Shown: positions 29,680 to 41,912 of the stretch, one piece after another
Layout of the letters: each line of letters begins with the position of its first letter
Position numbering within the stretch: position 1 is the first letter of the stretch
NCBI GenBank assembly: GCA_963806225.1
Contig: CAWDXG010000001.1
Coordinates: forward strand, 832,001-896,000
DNA: 64,000 nt
Source: an uncultured delta proteobacterium
GTDB taxonomy: Bacteria; Myxococcota_A; Polyangia; Polyangiales; Polyangiaceae
Direction: 5' to 3'
Position numbers and translations under genes: made by a program
Notes under the pieces: generated by a model
What the model was told of the DNA's origin: nothing
The model's database searches: none
The model's input: the letters and a program-made list of their open reading frames with translations, nothing else

Positions 29680-31485
29680 GTGAATGCGTTGCGGTTCGAG
29701 AGCGTCGCCCTTCTGCTGCTCCTGTGCGCTTGCACGACCGGAAAGCCGCCCCGGACCGCAGAGGATGCGCTGGCCCGCATCGAGCGTCATCCGCAGGCCT
29801 TCGTCCAGCACGTCGCCGAGTTGCGCCAGCTCGACAACAGCCGGCCAGCACGGGTGGTCTTCGAGGACGAGGCTGACTTCCTCCGCGCGCTGGAAGCCCA
29901 CGGCAAGCAGGACATAGCCAGCGCCGGTTCCGATCGAGGTGCACTCTACCTGGCGTTCGGGCTCGGGCCAGAGAATGCCGGGAATGGCAGCTCCGAGAAG
30001 GCGGTCGTGGAGGAGCAGGTGGTCGCCTTCTACGACGAGAAGTCACACGTGATCCACGTGCGGCGCCATCCGCCGGTCGAAGGCAAGGACCCGATCGAAC
30101 CAAGCTGGGTGCTGGCCCACGAGGTCGGTCACTCGCTCCAGTACCAGAACTTCCGCATGCCGGTGCTCGAGCGGATCCGCGAAGAGGATCGGCTGCTCGC
30201 CGTGAACGCGCTGGTCGAGGGCGACGCGATGCTCACGATGATCGCGTACGTAGCGGACGAGCGGCACATTCCGCTCGGGCGCGCCTTGGTGCAGGCGTCC
30301 CGCCACTCCGACCAGGGCCACGTCGAGAAGTACGCCCAGCGTAGCGGCGCCGCTCCCGTGCTGCTCGATGCGCCGTCGATCGTGCGGCAGCGGCTGATGT
30401 TCCCCTACCTGTCCGGCACCCACTTTGTCGGTGCGCTGTACCGTGCCGGCGGGCTTGCGCTGGTCGATCGCGCATTTGGCCGGCTGCCCACCACAACCGA
30501 ACAGGTGCTGCACCCGGAAAAGTACCTTGCCGGCGAGCCCGCGGTGCCGGTGCGTACGCCAGCCGTGCCGCCGGGCTACCGGACGATCGCGTCGGGACGC
30601 CTGGGCGAGCTGCAGACCCGCGTCGTACTCGGCGAGTGTCTGCCCGTCGCCGAGGCCGCGCAGGCTGCGGCCGGGTGGGGCGGCGACGCCTTCAGTGTTT
30701 CCGAGGCGCCGACCGGGAGCTATCTGATGACGTGGAGCAGCGTGTGGGACAGCGAGGCGGATGCCGCGCAGTTCGAACGCGCTGCGTCCGTGATGGCGCA
30801 CTGCGCGCCCGCCTCCCACGACCTGCCCGGTCTGTTCGCGGTACGTCGCTCGGGTGATCGCGTCGCGTTCGTCCGGGGCGCGCTCGACCCGGGCGCCCTC
30901 GATGCAGAGGTCGCCACGCTGCTTTCCCTGCCCGGCGCGCGCCCGGCATCGATCACGCCGTTCGGTCCGATCACGATTCCAGCGGTGAAGCCGGTCCCGC
31001 GCGTGCATCCGCCCTATCTGTCCGAGGGGCGCTACGTCAATGAACGTCTCGGCATCCAGGTGCCGCTGCCGCCCGGCTTCAGTGCACGGCTGGATGGCGA
31101 GGGGTTGCTCATCCAGAATGCGGGTGCGGCGTTTGCCTCGCTCGATCTCGCCGATTGGGTCGTCGACGCGAAGACCACGAACCTGATGTTCGCCGAGATC
31201 GCCAAGGGCGTCGCCAAGGCCATGCGGGGCCACAGGCTTGTCTTCGCAGGCGGCGGCGCAGTGGACACGCCGCTCGGCCGCGCCGCCGAGCGGCGCTGGA
31301 ACGTCGAGGGCACTACGGCCACGCTCAGCATCCTGCTGCTTCCCGTGTGCAACCAGACGGGCGCCATCGTCTTGTCGCAGGTCTACTCCGACGAGGCGTC
31401 CCGCCAGACGCTCGACTGGTGGATCAATGCACTGCGCCCGCTCTACCGGGGCCCTCCGCCGGTGTGCGCGGAGCTGGAGCCGTAG
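29680..31485 (+). CDS. Lipoprotein with HExxH zincin-like motif
   Basis: Lipobox LCAC; LAHEVGHSLQYQNF, ALVEGDA, PTTTEQVLHPEKY, AAAGWGGD. Confidence 0.78.
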   Translation: MNALRFESVALLLLLCACTTGKPPRTAEDALARIERHPQAFVQHVAELRQLDNSRPARVVFEDEADFLRALEAHGKQDIASAGSDRGALYLAFGLGPENAGNGSSEKAVVEEQVVAFYDEKSHVIHVRRHPPVEGKDPIEPSWVLAHEVGHSLQYQNFRMPVLERIREEDRLLAVNALVEGDAMLTMIAYVADERHIPLGRALVQASRHSDQGHVEKYAQRSGAAPVLLDAPSIVRQRLMFPYLSGTHFVGALYRAGGLALVDRAFGRLPTTTEQVLHPEKYLAGEPAVPVRTPAVPPGYRTIASGRLGELQTRVVLGECLPVAEAAQAAAGWGGDAFSVSEAPTGSYLMTWSSVWDSEADAAQFERAASVMAHCAPASHDLPGLFAVRRSGDRVAFVRGALDPGALDAEVATLLSLPGARPASITPFGPITIPAVKPVPRVHPPYLSEGRYVNERLGIQVPLPPGFSARLDGEGLLIQNAGAAFASLDLADWVVDAKTTNLMFAEIAKGVAKAMRGHRLVFAGGGAVDTPLGRAAERRWNVEGTTATLSILLLPVCNQTGAIVLSQVYSDEASRQTLDWWINALRPLYRGPPPVCAELEP

Positions 31486-31514
31486 AGTCTCCCGGGTACA
31501 CGCGAGCGCTGGAA

Positions 31515-32582
31515 TCAGGCGCGTTCGAGCCCGGCGAGCACGGCCTGTCCCATGCCGCTGGTCGAGAGCCCGCCGCCCAGATCCTTCGTGCGTGCGCCGC
31601 CGGCGAGCGCGCGATCGACGGCGGCTTCCACGGCGGCGGCTTCCGTTTCCAGATCGAGGCTGTGTCGGAGCAGCATCGCGGCGCTCTGGATGGTGCCGAG
31701 CGGATTGGCGATACCCTGGCCAGCAATGTCCGGCGCCGAACCGTGGATCGGCTCGTACAGACCCAGCTTGCCTTTGCCGAGCGACGCGCTCGGCAGCATG
31801 CCGAGACTTCCGGACAGCACGCTGGCCTCGTCCGACAGGATGTCGCCGAACATGTTCTCGGTGACCAGCACGTCGAAGCCCGCGGGAGCCGTGACCAGGC
31901 GCATGGCGCAGGAGTCCACCAGCTGGTGCTCCAGCGTGACGTCGGAGAACTCACGCGAAATATCGTTCGTGACCTGGCGCCACAGCCGCGACGACTCGAG
32001 CACGTTCGCCTTGTCGACCGAGGTGAGCTTGCCGCGCCGGCCGCGTGCGAGCTGGAAGGCGAGCCGCACGACCCGCGCGATCTCGGCGTCGCTGTACTCG
32101 AGCGTATCCACCGCGCGCCATCCCTCCGGCGTCTTCTCGCGCAGGCGCGGCTTGCCGAAGTAGAGCCCGCCCGTGAGCTCGCGCACCACGAGCAGGTCCA
32201 CCCCCGCAACGCGGTCGGCCTTCAGCGGCGAAGCGGCGATCAGTGCCGGGTTCGCCTTCACCGGACGTAGGTTGGCGTAGAGCCCCAGCGCGTGGCGGAT
32301 GCCGAGCAACCCCTGCTCGGGGCGCACCTTGGCGCTGGGGTCGTCCCACTTCGGGCCGCCCACGGCGCCGAGCAGTACCGCATCCGCGCTCCGGCACGCC
32401 GTCAGCGTGGCAGCGGGCAGCGGCTCGCCGGTTTCGTCGATAGCGATACCGCCCATCAGGTGCGATTCGAACCGGAAGTCGTGCGCGAAGCGCGCCGCGA
32501 CTGCTTCGAGCACCTGGCGCGCCTCGGCGACGACCTCCGGCCCCACGCCGTCGCCCGGCAGCTCGACGATTTTCGCTTTCAT
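31515..32582 (-). CDS. leuB: 3-isopropylmalate dehydrogenase
   Basis: [51 protein letters not shown]. Confidence 0.96.
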   Translation of the reverse strand: MKAKIVELPGDGVGPEVVAEARQVLEAVAARFAHDFRFESHLMGGIAIDETGEPLPAATLTACRSADAVLLGAVGGPKWDDPSAKVRPEQGLLGIRHALGLYANLRPVKANPALIAASPLKADRVAGVDLLVVRELTGGLYFGKPRLREKTPEGWRAVDTLEYSDAEIARVVRLAFQLARGRRGKLTSVDKANVLESSRLWRQVTNDISREFSDVTLEHQLVDSCAMRLVTAPAGFDVLVTENMFGDILSDEASVLSGSLGMLPSASLGKGKLGLYEPIHGSAPDIAGQGIANPLGTIQSAAMLLRHSLDLETEAAAVEAAVDRALAGGARTKDLGGGLSTSGMGQAVLAGLERA

Positions 32583-34213
32583 GCTCCGGCTGCCTCCCGT
32601 GCGGCGTCGGGCCGCGGACTTGTGCTGGAGCCGAGCGGAACGTCGGGTGCGCATGCCCCGCTTTCCGCCAGGCCGTGTTCGATGCTGTCGACCAGCGCCA
32701 GGAACGACGCTTCGATGATGTTGGCCGACGCGCCGACGGTGCTCCACGAGCTGTGGTCGTCGCGGCTGTCGATCAGCACACGCGTGGTCGACGAGGTGCC
32801 GAACGAGCCGTCGAGGATGCGCACCTTGTAGTCCGCCAGGTGGATCCTTTCCACGGCCGGATAGAACGGGGCGAGCGCCTTGCGTAGTGCCGCATCGAGC
32901 GCGCTGACCGGGCCGTTGCCCTCGGCCGCCGTCAGCATCACCTGGTCGCCCACCTCGACCTTGACCACGGCCTCGGCGTAGTTCCCGCTGCCGCGTCGCC
33001 GCCCCACCATCACGTTGTAGTCGAGCACGTTGAACAGCGGCCGGTAGTCCGGCGCGCGGCGCTTGAGCAGCAGCGCTACCGAAGCCTCGGCGGCTTCATA
33101 CGAGAATCCACGCGCCTCGCTCTCCTTGATGGCGGCGAGCGCCTCGACCTCGTCGCCGGCGCTCACGCTGACGCCGAGCTCCTCGGCCTTGCTGAGCACG
33201 TTGCCGCGGCCCGACAGCTCGCTGACGACCACGCGCATGTGATTGCCCACCAGCATCGGGTCGACGTGCTGGTAGGCGCCGGGGTGCCGGCGCATGGCCG
33301 CCACGTGAACGCCGCCCTTGTGTGCGAACGCGCTGCGGCCGACGTACGGCATGTGCTCGTCCGGAGTGAGGTTCGCGACCTCGGTCACGAAGCGGCTGAG
33401 CTCGCCTAGCTCCGCCAGGTGACCCTCCGGCACGCACTGCATGCCGAGCTTGAGCTCGAGATCGGGTACGATGGCGCACAGGTTGGCATTGCCGCAGCGC
33501 TCGCCGATGCCGTTGATCGTGCCCTGCACATGACGGGCTCCGGCGCGCACGGCCGCCAGGCTGTTGGCTACCGCGCAGCCGGTGTCGTTGTGCGCGTGGA
33601 TGCCGAGCGGATGCTCCACCCGAGCGAGCACGTCGCGGACGACCTCCTCGACGCGCCAGGGCAGACCGCCGCCGTTCGTGTCGCACAGCACCAGCACCTC
33701 GGCGCCGCCGCGCTTGGCGGCGAGCAGCGTCTCGACGGCGTAGCCGGCATCCGCGTCATAGCCGTCGAAGAAGTGCTCGGCGTCGTAGACGACGCGCCGC
33801 CCCTGCGAGGTGAGGTACGCCACGCTGTCCTCGATCATGCGCAGGTTCTCGTCGAGCGCGGTGCGCAGCACTTCCGTGACCTGGAGCGGCGAGCTCTTTC
33901 CGAACAGCGTGCACACAGCCGTGCCCGACTCGACGAGTGCGCGCATGCTCGGGTCGTCCGCGGCGGCGATGCCCGCGCGGCGCGTGGAGCCGAAGGCCGT
34001 GACCGCTGCGGTCTGCCACTGTTGCTCCCGCGCGCGCGCGAAGAACTCGGCGTCCTTCGGATTCGAACCGGGCCAGCCGCCTTCGATGAAGCCGACGCCG
34101 AATGCGTCCAGGCGCTCGGCGATGCGCAGCTTGTCGCTGACAGTCAGCGAGATCCCCTCGCGCTGGGTGCCGTCGCGCAGCGTGGTGTCGTAGATGATGA
34201 CGGAGTGCGTCAT
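32579..34213 (-). CDS. cimA: Citramalate synthase
   Basis: [43 protein letters not shown]. Confidence 0.93.
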   Translation of the reverse strand: MTHSVIIYDTTLRDGTQREGISLTVSDKLRIAERLDAFGVGFIEGGWPGSNPKDAEFFARAREQQWQTAAVTAFGSTRRAGIAAADDPSMRALVESGTAVCTLFGKSSPLQVTEVLRTALDENLRMIEDSVAYLTSQGRRVVYDAEHFFDGYDADAGYAVETLLAAKRGGAEVLVLCDTNGGGLPWRVEEVVRDVLARVEHPLGIHAHNDTGCAVANSLAAVRAGARHVQGTINGIGERCGNANLCAIVPDLELKLGMQCVPEGHLAELGELSRFVTEVANLTPDEHMPYVGRSAFAHKGGVHVAAMRRHPGAYQHVDPMLVGNHMRVVVSELSGRGNVLSKAEELGVSVSAGDEVEALAAIKESEARGFSYEAAEASVALLLKRRAPDYRPLFNVLDYNVMVGRRRGSGNYAEAVVKVEVGDQVMLTAAEGNGPVSALDAALRKALAPFYPAVERIHLADYKVRILDGSFGTSSTTRVLIDSRDDHSSWSTVGASANIIEASFLALVDSIEHGLAESGACAPDVPLGSSTSPRPDAAREAAGA

Positions 34214-34432
34214 GCCCAAGCCCCTCCACTCGCTGGTACACCCTGGGGATTTTCAGAGGAACGTGGGAAAGCGGGAAGGCTTTCTGGGTCGAGCCCTGCG
34301 TCGGCGAGTCCGGCTAATCCAGCGGGTGCTGCGGCGCTGTACGTGGCGCACGACCCGGAAAACCCTCTGGACGAGACGCGCTTCGCGCCCCATCCCTCGA
34401 CTTGTCTCGCTTCGGAGTTTCGGGCGCGCATC

Positions 34433-35023
34433 TCAGTTCTCCTTGCTCCGCTCGTACGCCTCGATGCGGTCGTTGAACGAGAAGATGTAGCCGAGCTGGT
34501 CGAGGCCCTGGAGCAGGCAGTGCCGCGCGAACGGGTCGACGGGAAACTCTGCCGTACTGCCGTCGGGCAACGTGAGCGTGGTGCTTTCCAGATCCACGGC
34601 TACCTCTGCCGCGGCGTCCGCTTCCAGCAACGAAAGCAGCCGCGCGTGCGTCGCCGCGTCGAGCGCCACGGGCAGGAGGCCGTTCTTCAGCGCGTTTTCC
34701 TTGAAGATGTCCGCGAACGACGTCGCGACCACAGCCCGGATCCCCCAGCCGAGCAGCGCCCAGGGCGCGTGCTCCCGCGACGAGCCGCAACCGAAGTTGT
34801 CCCCGGCCAGGAGCACCTCGGCGCCCTCGGCCTCGGGACGGTTCAACGCGAACTCCGGTCGCGGGCTGCCTTCGGAATCGTAGCGCCAGTAGGAAAAGAG
34901 CTGCTCGGCGAGCCCCTGCTTGTCGATCGCCTTCAGGAAGCGCGCGGGGATGATCTGGTCGGTGTCGATGTTATCGAGCGGCAGCAGAACGACGCGCGAG
35001 CGGACGCGGGTGAAACGGTTCAT
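34433..35023 (-). CDS. leuD: 3-isopropylmalate dehydratase small subunit
   Basis: [28 protein letters not shown]. Confidence 0.96.
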   Translation of the reverse strand: MNRFTRVRSRVVLLPLDNIDTDQIIPARFLKAIDKQGLAEQLFSYWRYDSEGSPRPEFALNRPEAEGAEVLLAGDNFGCGSSREHAPWALLGWGIRAVVATSFADIFKENALKNGLLPVALDAATHARLLSLLEADAAAEVAVDLESTTLTLPDGSTAEFPVDPFARHCLLQGLDQLGYIFSFNDRIEAYERSKEN

Positions 35024-36431
35024 CGAGCGGCTCCTTCGAGTGTGCGGACGTCGGTGACCCGGCCGGTCACCGCCGCGGCGGCAGCCGTGAGCGGCGAGGC
35101 GAGGAAGGTGCGCCCGCCCTGGCCCTGGCGTCCTTCGAAGTTGCGGTTGCTGGTGCTCACCGAATACTGCCCGGGAGCGAGTTGGTCGCCGTTCATGGCG
35201 ATGCACATGGAGCAGCCGGCCTCGCGCCACTCGGCTCCGGCGTCCTTGAACACGCGGTCGAGCCCCTCGGCCTCCGCTTGGCGCTTCACGTCCTGCGAGC
35301 CGGGCACGATCAGCGCGCGCACGCCCGGTGCGACCTTGCGCCCCCTGAGCACCGATGCGGCCTGGCGCAGATCGCCCAGGCGACCGTTGGTGCAGGAGCC
35401 GACGAAGACGACGTCGATCTTGTGGCCGAGCAGTGAACGGCCTGGCTCCAGCGCCATGTAGCCGAGCGCTTTCTCGAACGCATTGCGCGCGGCGCCGTCC
35501 GGGAAATCGCCGGAGAGGGCAGGGGAGCCGTGATGGGAATGCCCATGCCGGGGTTCGTCCCGTAGGTGATCATCGGTTCGAGCGCGCCGGCATCGAGCGT
35601 CACGCTGCGATCGAAGCGCGCGCCCTGGTCGCTGGGCAGAGCGCGCCAGCGTTCGAGAACCCGATCCCAGTCCGCGCCTTGCGGCGCCATCTCGCGGCCG
35701 GACAGGTACTCGAAGGTGCGGTCGTCGGGCGCGATCATGCCGGCGCGGGCGCCGGCTTCGATGCTCATATTGCAGATGGTCATTCGGGCTTCCATGTCGA
35801 GCCCGCGGATGGCGCTGCCGGTGTATTCCATGACGTGGCCGGTGCCGCCGGCGATGCCGATCTTCGCGATCAGCGCGAGGATCACGTCCTTCGCCGTCAC
35901 ACCCTCGGCGAGCTCGCCTTCCACGCGGACCTCGAGCGTTTTCGGCCTGTACTGGAGCAGGCACTGCGAGGCGAGCACGTGCTCCACCTCGCTGGTGCCG
36001 ATGCCGAACGCGAGTGCGCCGAAGGCGCCGTGCGTCGAGGTGTGGCTGTCGCCGCACACGATGGTCATGCCCGGCTGCGTGAGTCCGAGCTCCGGACCGA
36101 TGACGTGCACGATGCCGTTGTGCTCGCTGCCCATCTCGTAGAGACGGATGCCGTTCTTCTCGCAGTTCTCCCCCAGGCGCGCGAGCTGGGCCTTGCCCTG
36201 CGCGTCGATGACGGCGAGCTGCTTCGGCAACGTCGGAATCGAGTGATCCATCGTGGCCAGGGTGCGGTCCGGGCGGCGGACGCGGAGCCCGCGCGAATCC
36301 AGGCCCGCAAAGGCCATCGGCGAGGTCACCTCGTGCACCAGATGCAGATCGATATAAAGGACCGTCGGCCTGTTCTCTTCCTCGACGACGGCGTGATCGT
36401 CCCAGACCTTCTCGAATAGTGTTTTCGGCAT
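35020..36431 (-). CDS. leuC: 3-isopropylmalate dehydratase large subunit; frameshift near 35512
   Basis: [46 protein letters not shown]. Confidence 0.95.
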
Positions 36432-36437
36432 ATGTTC

Positions 36438-38105
<1,668 letters not shown>

Positions 38106-38109
38106 CTGC

Positions 38110-39123
38110 TCAATCCCCCGGCTTGATGGTTACCGGATCGACGAAAGGCATCATCTTGCGGAGCTCGGCGCCTACCTGCTCGATCTGCTGCTCCCGCTCG
38201 GCCGCGCGGCGCTTCTCGAACTCCGGGCGCCCGGCCTTGTTCTCGTCGATCCACTTCTTCGCGAAGCTGCCGTCCTGGATCTCCGCCAGGATCTTCTTCA
38301 TCTCCGCGCGTGTCTGGTCGTTGATGACGCGCGGGCCGGAGACGTAGTCGCCGTATTCGGCCGTGTTGCTGACCGAGTAGCGCATGTAGTTCAGGCCGCC
38401 GCGGTACATCAGGTCCACGATCAGCTTGAGCTCGTGCAGGCACTCGAAGTAAGCGACTTCGGGCTGGTAGCCGGCGTCGACCAGTGTCTTGAACCCGGCC
38501 TTGACGAGCTCCGCCGTTCCGCCGCACAGCACTGCCTGCTCGCCGAACAGGTCGGTCTCGGTTTCCTCGGAGAAGGTCGTGGTCAAGACGCCCGCTCGCG
38601 TCGAGCCGATGCCCTTGGCGTAGGCGAGGGCGAGCGCATCCGCCTGACCGCTCGCGTCCTGCTCGACGGCGAGCAGCGCCGGTACACCGCCGCCTTCCGC
38701 GAACGTCTCGCGCACGCGATGCCCCGGGCTCTTCGGGGCGATCATGCTCACGTCGACCTCGGCCGGCGGCTTGATCGTCCCGAAGCGGATGTTGAAGCCA
38801 TGCGCGAACATCAGCGTCTTGCCCTCGCCGAGGTGCGGCGCGATGCTCTCCTCGTAGATGGCCGGCTGCGACGTATCCGGCGTGAGCAACATGATCACGT
38901 CGCCCCACGTCGCGGCCTCGGCTACGCTCTTGACCGCGAGGCCCGCGGCCTCGGCCTTCTTCCTGCTCTTGCTGCCTGCGTGCAGGCCGATGCACACATC
39001 GACGCCGCTGTCCTTCAGGTTCAATGCGTGCGCGTGGCCCTGCGAGCCGTAGCCGATGATAGCGACCTTCTTCGCCTTGATGAGCCCGAGGTCGGCGTCG
39101 GCGTCGTAGCGGATCTTTGCCAT
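38110..39123 (-). CDS. ilvC: Ketol-acid reductoisomerase
   Basis: [37 protein letters not shown]. Confidence 0.97.
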   Translation of the reverse strand: MAKIRYDADADLGLIKAKKVAIIGYGSQGHAHALNLKDSGVDVCIGLHAGSKSRKKAEAAGLAVKSVAEAATWGDVIMLLTPDTSQPAIYEESIAPHLGEGKTLMFAHGFNIRFGTIKPPAEVDVSMIAPKSPGHRVRETFAEGGGVPALLAVEQDASGQADALALAYAKGIGSTRAGVLTTTFSEETETDLFGEQAVLCGGTAELVKAGFKTLVDAGYQPEVAYFECLHELKLIVDLMYRGGLNYMRYSVSNTAEYGDYVSGPRVINDQTRAEMKKILAEIQDGSFAKKWIDENKAGRPEFEKRRAAEREQQIEQVGAELRKMMPFVDPVTIKPGD

Positions 39124-39145
39124 TGTCTGTCCTTTTCCTTCGTTG

Positions 39146-39682
39146 TCAGGCTGCCTGGATGCTGCGCCGAGACGAGCCCGGGGCCGATTCGGTGCCGCGG
39201 GTCATGGCGACCAGACCCGTCTGCACCATTTCCGTGATTCCGAACGGGCGGAGCACATTGACCAACCCGTCGATCTTGTCCTGCGTTCCGGTGATCTCCG
39301 CGATCAGCGAGTCGGGGCCGACGTCGACCACCCGGGCGCGGAAGACCTCGCACAGCTGCAACACCTCGGTGCGCTGTTCCGGCCCGAACTGCACCTTGAT
39401 CAGCGCCAGGTCGCGCGCGACGTTCGGCTTGTGCGTGATGTCGTCCACACGCAGCACGTTCACCAGCTTGTAGAGATTCGCCTCGATGCGCCGCGCGGTG
39501 TCGTCGTCGGCGTCGACGACGATGGTCATGCGCGATACGCCCGGCTCGTGCGTGCGTCCGACGTTCAGCGACACGATGTTGTACGCGCGGCGGCGGAACA
39601 GCGACGCCACGCGGTTGAGGACGCCGGGACGATCCTCGACGTAGCTGACGATGGTGTGAAGGCTCCTCTTCTGCGTTGTCAT
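39146..39682 (-). CDS. ilvN: Acetolactate synthase small subunit
   Basis: ACT domain [21 protein letters not shown]. Confidence 0.95.
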   Translation of the reverse strand: MTTQKRSLHTIVSYVEDRPGVLNRVASLFRRRAYNIVSLNVGRTHEPGVSRMTIVVDADDDTARRIEANLYKLVNVLRVDDITHKPNVARDLALIKVQFGPEQRTEVLQLCEVFRARVVDVGPDSLIAEITGTQDKIDGLVNVLRPFGITEMVQTGLVAMTRGTESAPGSSRRSIQAA

Positions 39683-39683
39683 C

Positions 39684-41501
39684 CTACTTGTCCTTGCCGG
39701 TTTCGAAGATCGGGTTGTGGTTTCGATTCGGGGCGGCTCCGCCTTCGCCGGGCATGGGGCGGCGGATCATGTCGTGCAGGTCGGCGCCGGCGGGGACCAT
39801 CGGGTAGACGCTGTCTTCCTGCTCGACGCGGAACTCGATGACGAAGGTGTCCGTCGCATTGCGCGCCTCGGCGACGGCGTCGGCGATCTCGCTGCGCTGG
39901 GTCACGCGCCTGCCCGAGAGGCCATGCGCTTCGGCGAGCTTGACGAAATCCGGGCTCTTGATCGGCGTGGCGACGTAGCGGCCGCCGTAGAAGAACTGCT
40001 GCCACTGCCGCACCATGCCGAGATAGCCGTTGTTGATGATGGCGATGTTGACCTTGATCTGCTCCTGCGCCGAGGTGGCAAGCTCGCTCGACGTCATCTG
40101 GAAGCCGCCGTCGCCAGCGATGACCCAGATCTCGTCGTCCGGGCAGGCGAAGCGCGCGCCCAGCGACGCCGGCAGAGCGAAGCCCATCGTGCCCAGGCCT
40201 CCCGAGGTGAGCAGCCGTCGTGCGTGGTCGTGCTTGTAGTACTGCGCTTCCCACATCTGGTGCTGCCCCACGTCCGTCACGATCAGCGCCTTGCCGTTCG
40301 TCAGTCGCCAGAGGTCGTGGATCACGTGCGCCGCATACAGCCGCCCGGTGTCCGGCAGATCGCGGATGTCGCGCACCGCGGAGTCGCCCTTGAGGTCCTC
40401 GATACGTGCCAGCCACTCCGGTCGCTCGCGGTGCTCGATTCGCGGCAGCACGGCTGACAGGATCTGGCGCACGTCTCCGACCAGCGGCAGGTCGACCTTG
40501 ACGTTCTTGTTGATCTCCGCGGGGTCGAGCTCGACGTGGATCTTCTTCGCGTGCGGCGCGTAGGTCTTGACGTTTCCGGTGACGCGGTCGTCGAAGCGCA
40601 TGCCCAGTGCGATGATCAGATCCGCTTCCTGGATGGCGGTGTTGACCCAGGACTCGCCGTGCATGCCCATCATGCCCAGGCTGCGCGGGTGGGTGGCGGG
40701 GAAGCCGCCGAGGCCGAGCAGGGTCTGCGCGACCGGGATGTTGCTCTTCTGCACCAGCTCGAGCAGCAGCGCCGTTGCGTTGCCCTCGACGATGCCGTGT
40801 CCGGCGAAGATGAGCGGTCGCTTCGACTCGTGGATCATCTCCACGGCTCGTTCGAGCTCCTCCGGCAGCGGCGTGTGCTCGGGACGGTAGCCGGGCAGTC
40901 GCACCGGTTCGTCGCTCCACTCGAACACGGTGCTCGTTTGCTGCGCGTCCTTCGTGATGTCGACGACCACGGGCCCCGGTCTGCCCGAGCGCGCGATATA
41001 GAACGCCTCGCGCAGCGCCGGCACGATCTCCTCGGGCCGCGTCACCAGGTAGTTGTGCTTGGTGACCGGTAGCGTGACGCCGGTGATGTCCGTTTCCTGG
41101 AAGGCATCGCTGCCGAGCAGCGCCGAGCCGACCTGGCCGGTGATGCACACCATCGGGATCGAATCCATCATCGCCGTCGCGATGCCTGTCACCAGGTTCG
41201 TGGCGCCGGGGCCCGACGTGGCGATCGCGACGCCGACCTTGCCCGAAGCGCGCGCGTAGCCGTCGGCCATATGCGCGGCGCCCTGCTCGTGGCGCACGAG
41301 GATGTGCCGGATCGGGTAGCCGGCCATCGCGTCGTACGCCGGCATGATCGCGCCGCCGGGATAGCCGAACACGACATCGACGCCTTCGCGCAGCAGTGCT
41401 TCCCAGATCAATTGTGAGCCGGTCAGCGTCTCGCCGACGCGATCGACCGTTTCCGCTTTGCGGGTTCCGGGTGGAGTGAGCTCGTTCATGGGTGCCGTCA
41501 C
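39684..41501 (-). CDS. ilvB: Acetolactate synthase large subunit
   Basis: FGYPGGAIMP, RHEQGAAH, TDVGQHQMW, GDGGFQMT, LGMVRQWQ. Confidence 0.97.
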   Translation of the reverse strand: MTAPMNELTPPGTRKAETVDRVGETLTGSQLIWEALLREGVDVVFGYPGGAIMPAYDAMAGYPIRHILVRHEQGAAHMADGYARASGKVGVAIATSGPGATNLVTGIATAMMDSIPMVCITGQVGSALLGSDAFQETDITGVTLPVTKHNYLVTRPEEIVPALREAFYIARSGRPGPVVVDITKDAQQTSTVFEWSDEPVRLPGYRPEHTPLPEELERAVEMIHESKRPLIFAGHGIVEGNATALLLELVQKSNIPVAQTLLGLGGFPATHPRSLGMMGMHGESWVNTAIQEADLIIALGMRFDDRVTGNVKTYAPHAKKIHVELDPAEINKNVKVDLPLVGDVRQILSAVLPRIEHRERPEWLARIEDLKGDSAVRDIRDLPDTGRLYAAHVIHDLWRLTNGKALIVTDVGQHQMWEAQYYKHDHARRLLTSGGLGTMGFALPASLGARFACPDDEIWVIAGDGGFQMTSSELATSAQEQIKVNIAIINNGYLGMVRQWQQFFYGGRYVATPIKSPDFVKLAEAHGLSGRRVTQRSEIADAVAEARNATDTFVIEFRVEQEDSVYPMVPAGADLHDMIRRPMPGEGGAAPNRNHNPIFETGKDK

Positions 41502-41557
41502 GTTGTCCTCACGACCTTGATGGCTGGTGGTGCGTTGGCGGTGGATGTTCGGTCGGG

Positions 41558-41596
41558 AAGAAAAAAGAGCCCCCGCACCAGGGAGGGTGCGGGGGC
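41558..41596 (-). terminator. Attenuator terminator upstream of ilvB
   Basis: Minus strand GCCCCCGCACC-ctccct-GGTGCGGGGGC-TCTTTTTTCTT. Confidence 0.85.
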
Positions 41597-41624
41597 CGGA
41601 GTCTTGGAGTCTTCTCTGGGGAGC

Positions 41625-41744
41625 TCAGACGGCCGCCGCACCCTGGCTAATAAGCCCGAGTACGAGGTCGAGGCCGAGCAGCAGGACGGACTCCGACCGG
41701 AGCGCGGCCGGGAGGGCGCGCGGGCTCGGGATTCGAAGTCGCAG
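41625..41744 (-). promoter_or_regulatory. Leu/Val/Ile-rich leader peptide of the ilv-leu attenuator (start codon uncertain)
   Basis: ...SESVLLLGLDLVLGLISQGAAAV*; antiterminator AGGGTGCGG (41636-41644); TTGACC-17-CAGCCT promoter upstream. Confidence 0.75.
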
Positions 41745-41912
41745 ACCTTGTCACCAGCGCAAGGCTGGGGCCGGCCGTGCCCCCGGTCAAGTGCCATTTT
41801 CGCAACGCGTCACTGGGGGCATGCGCCCAACCCACTGAAAAGACAGCAAAAATAGCCAAAAGCCGAGGGCTTTGCGGGTAGTCGCGGAGGCGCGTCGCAA
41901 TCCGGGCTCGCT

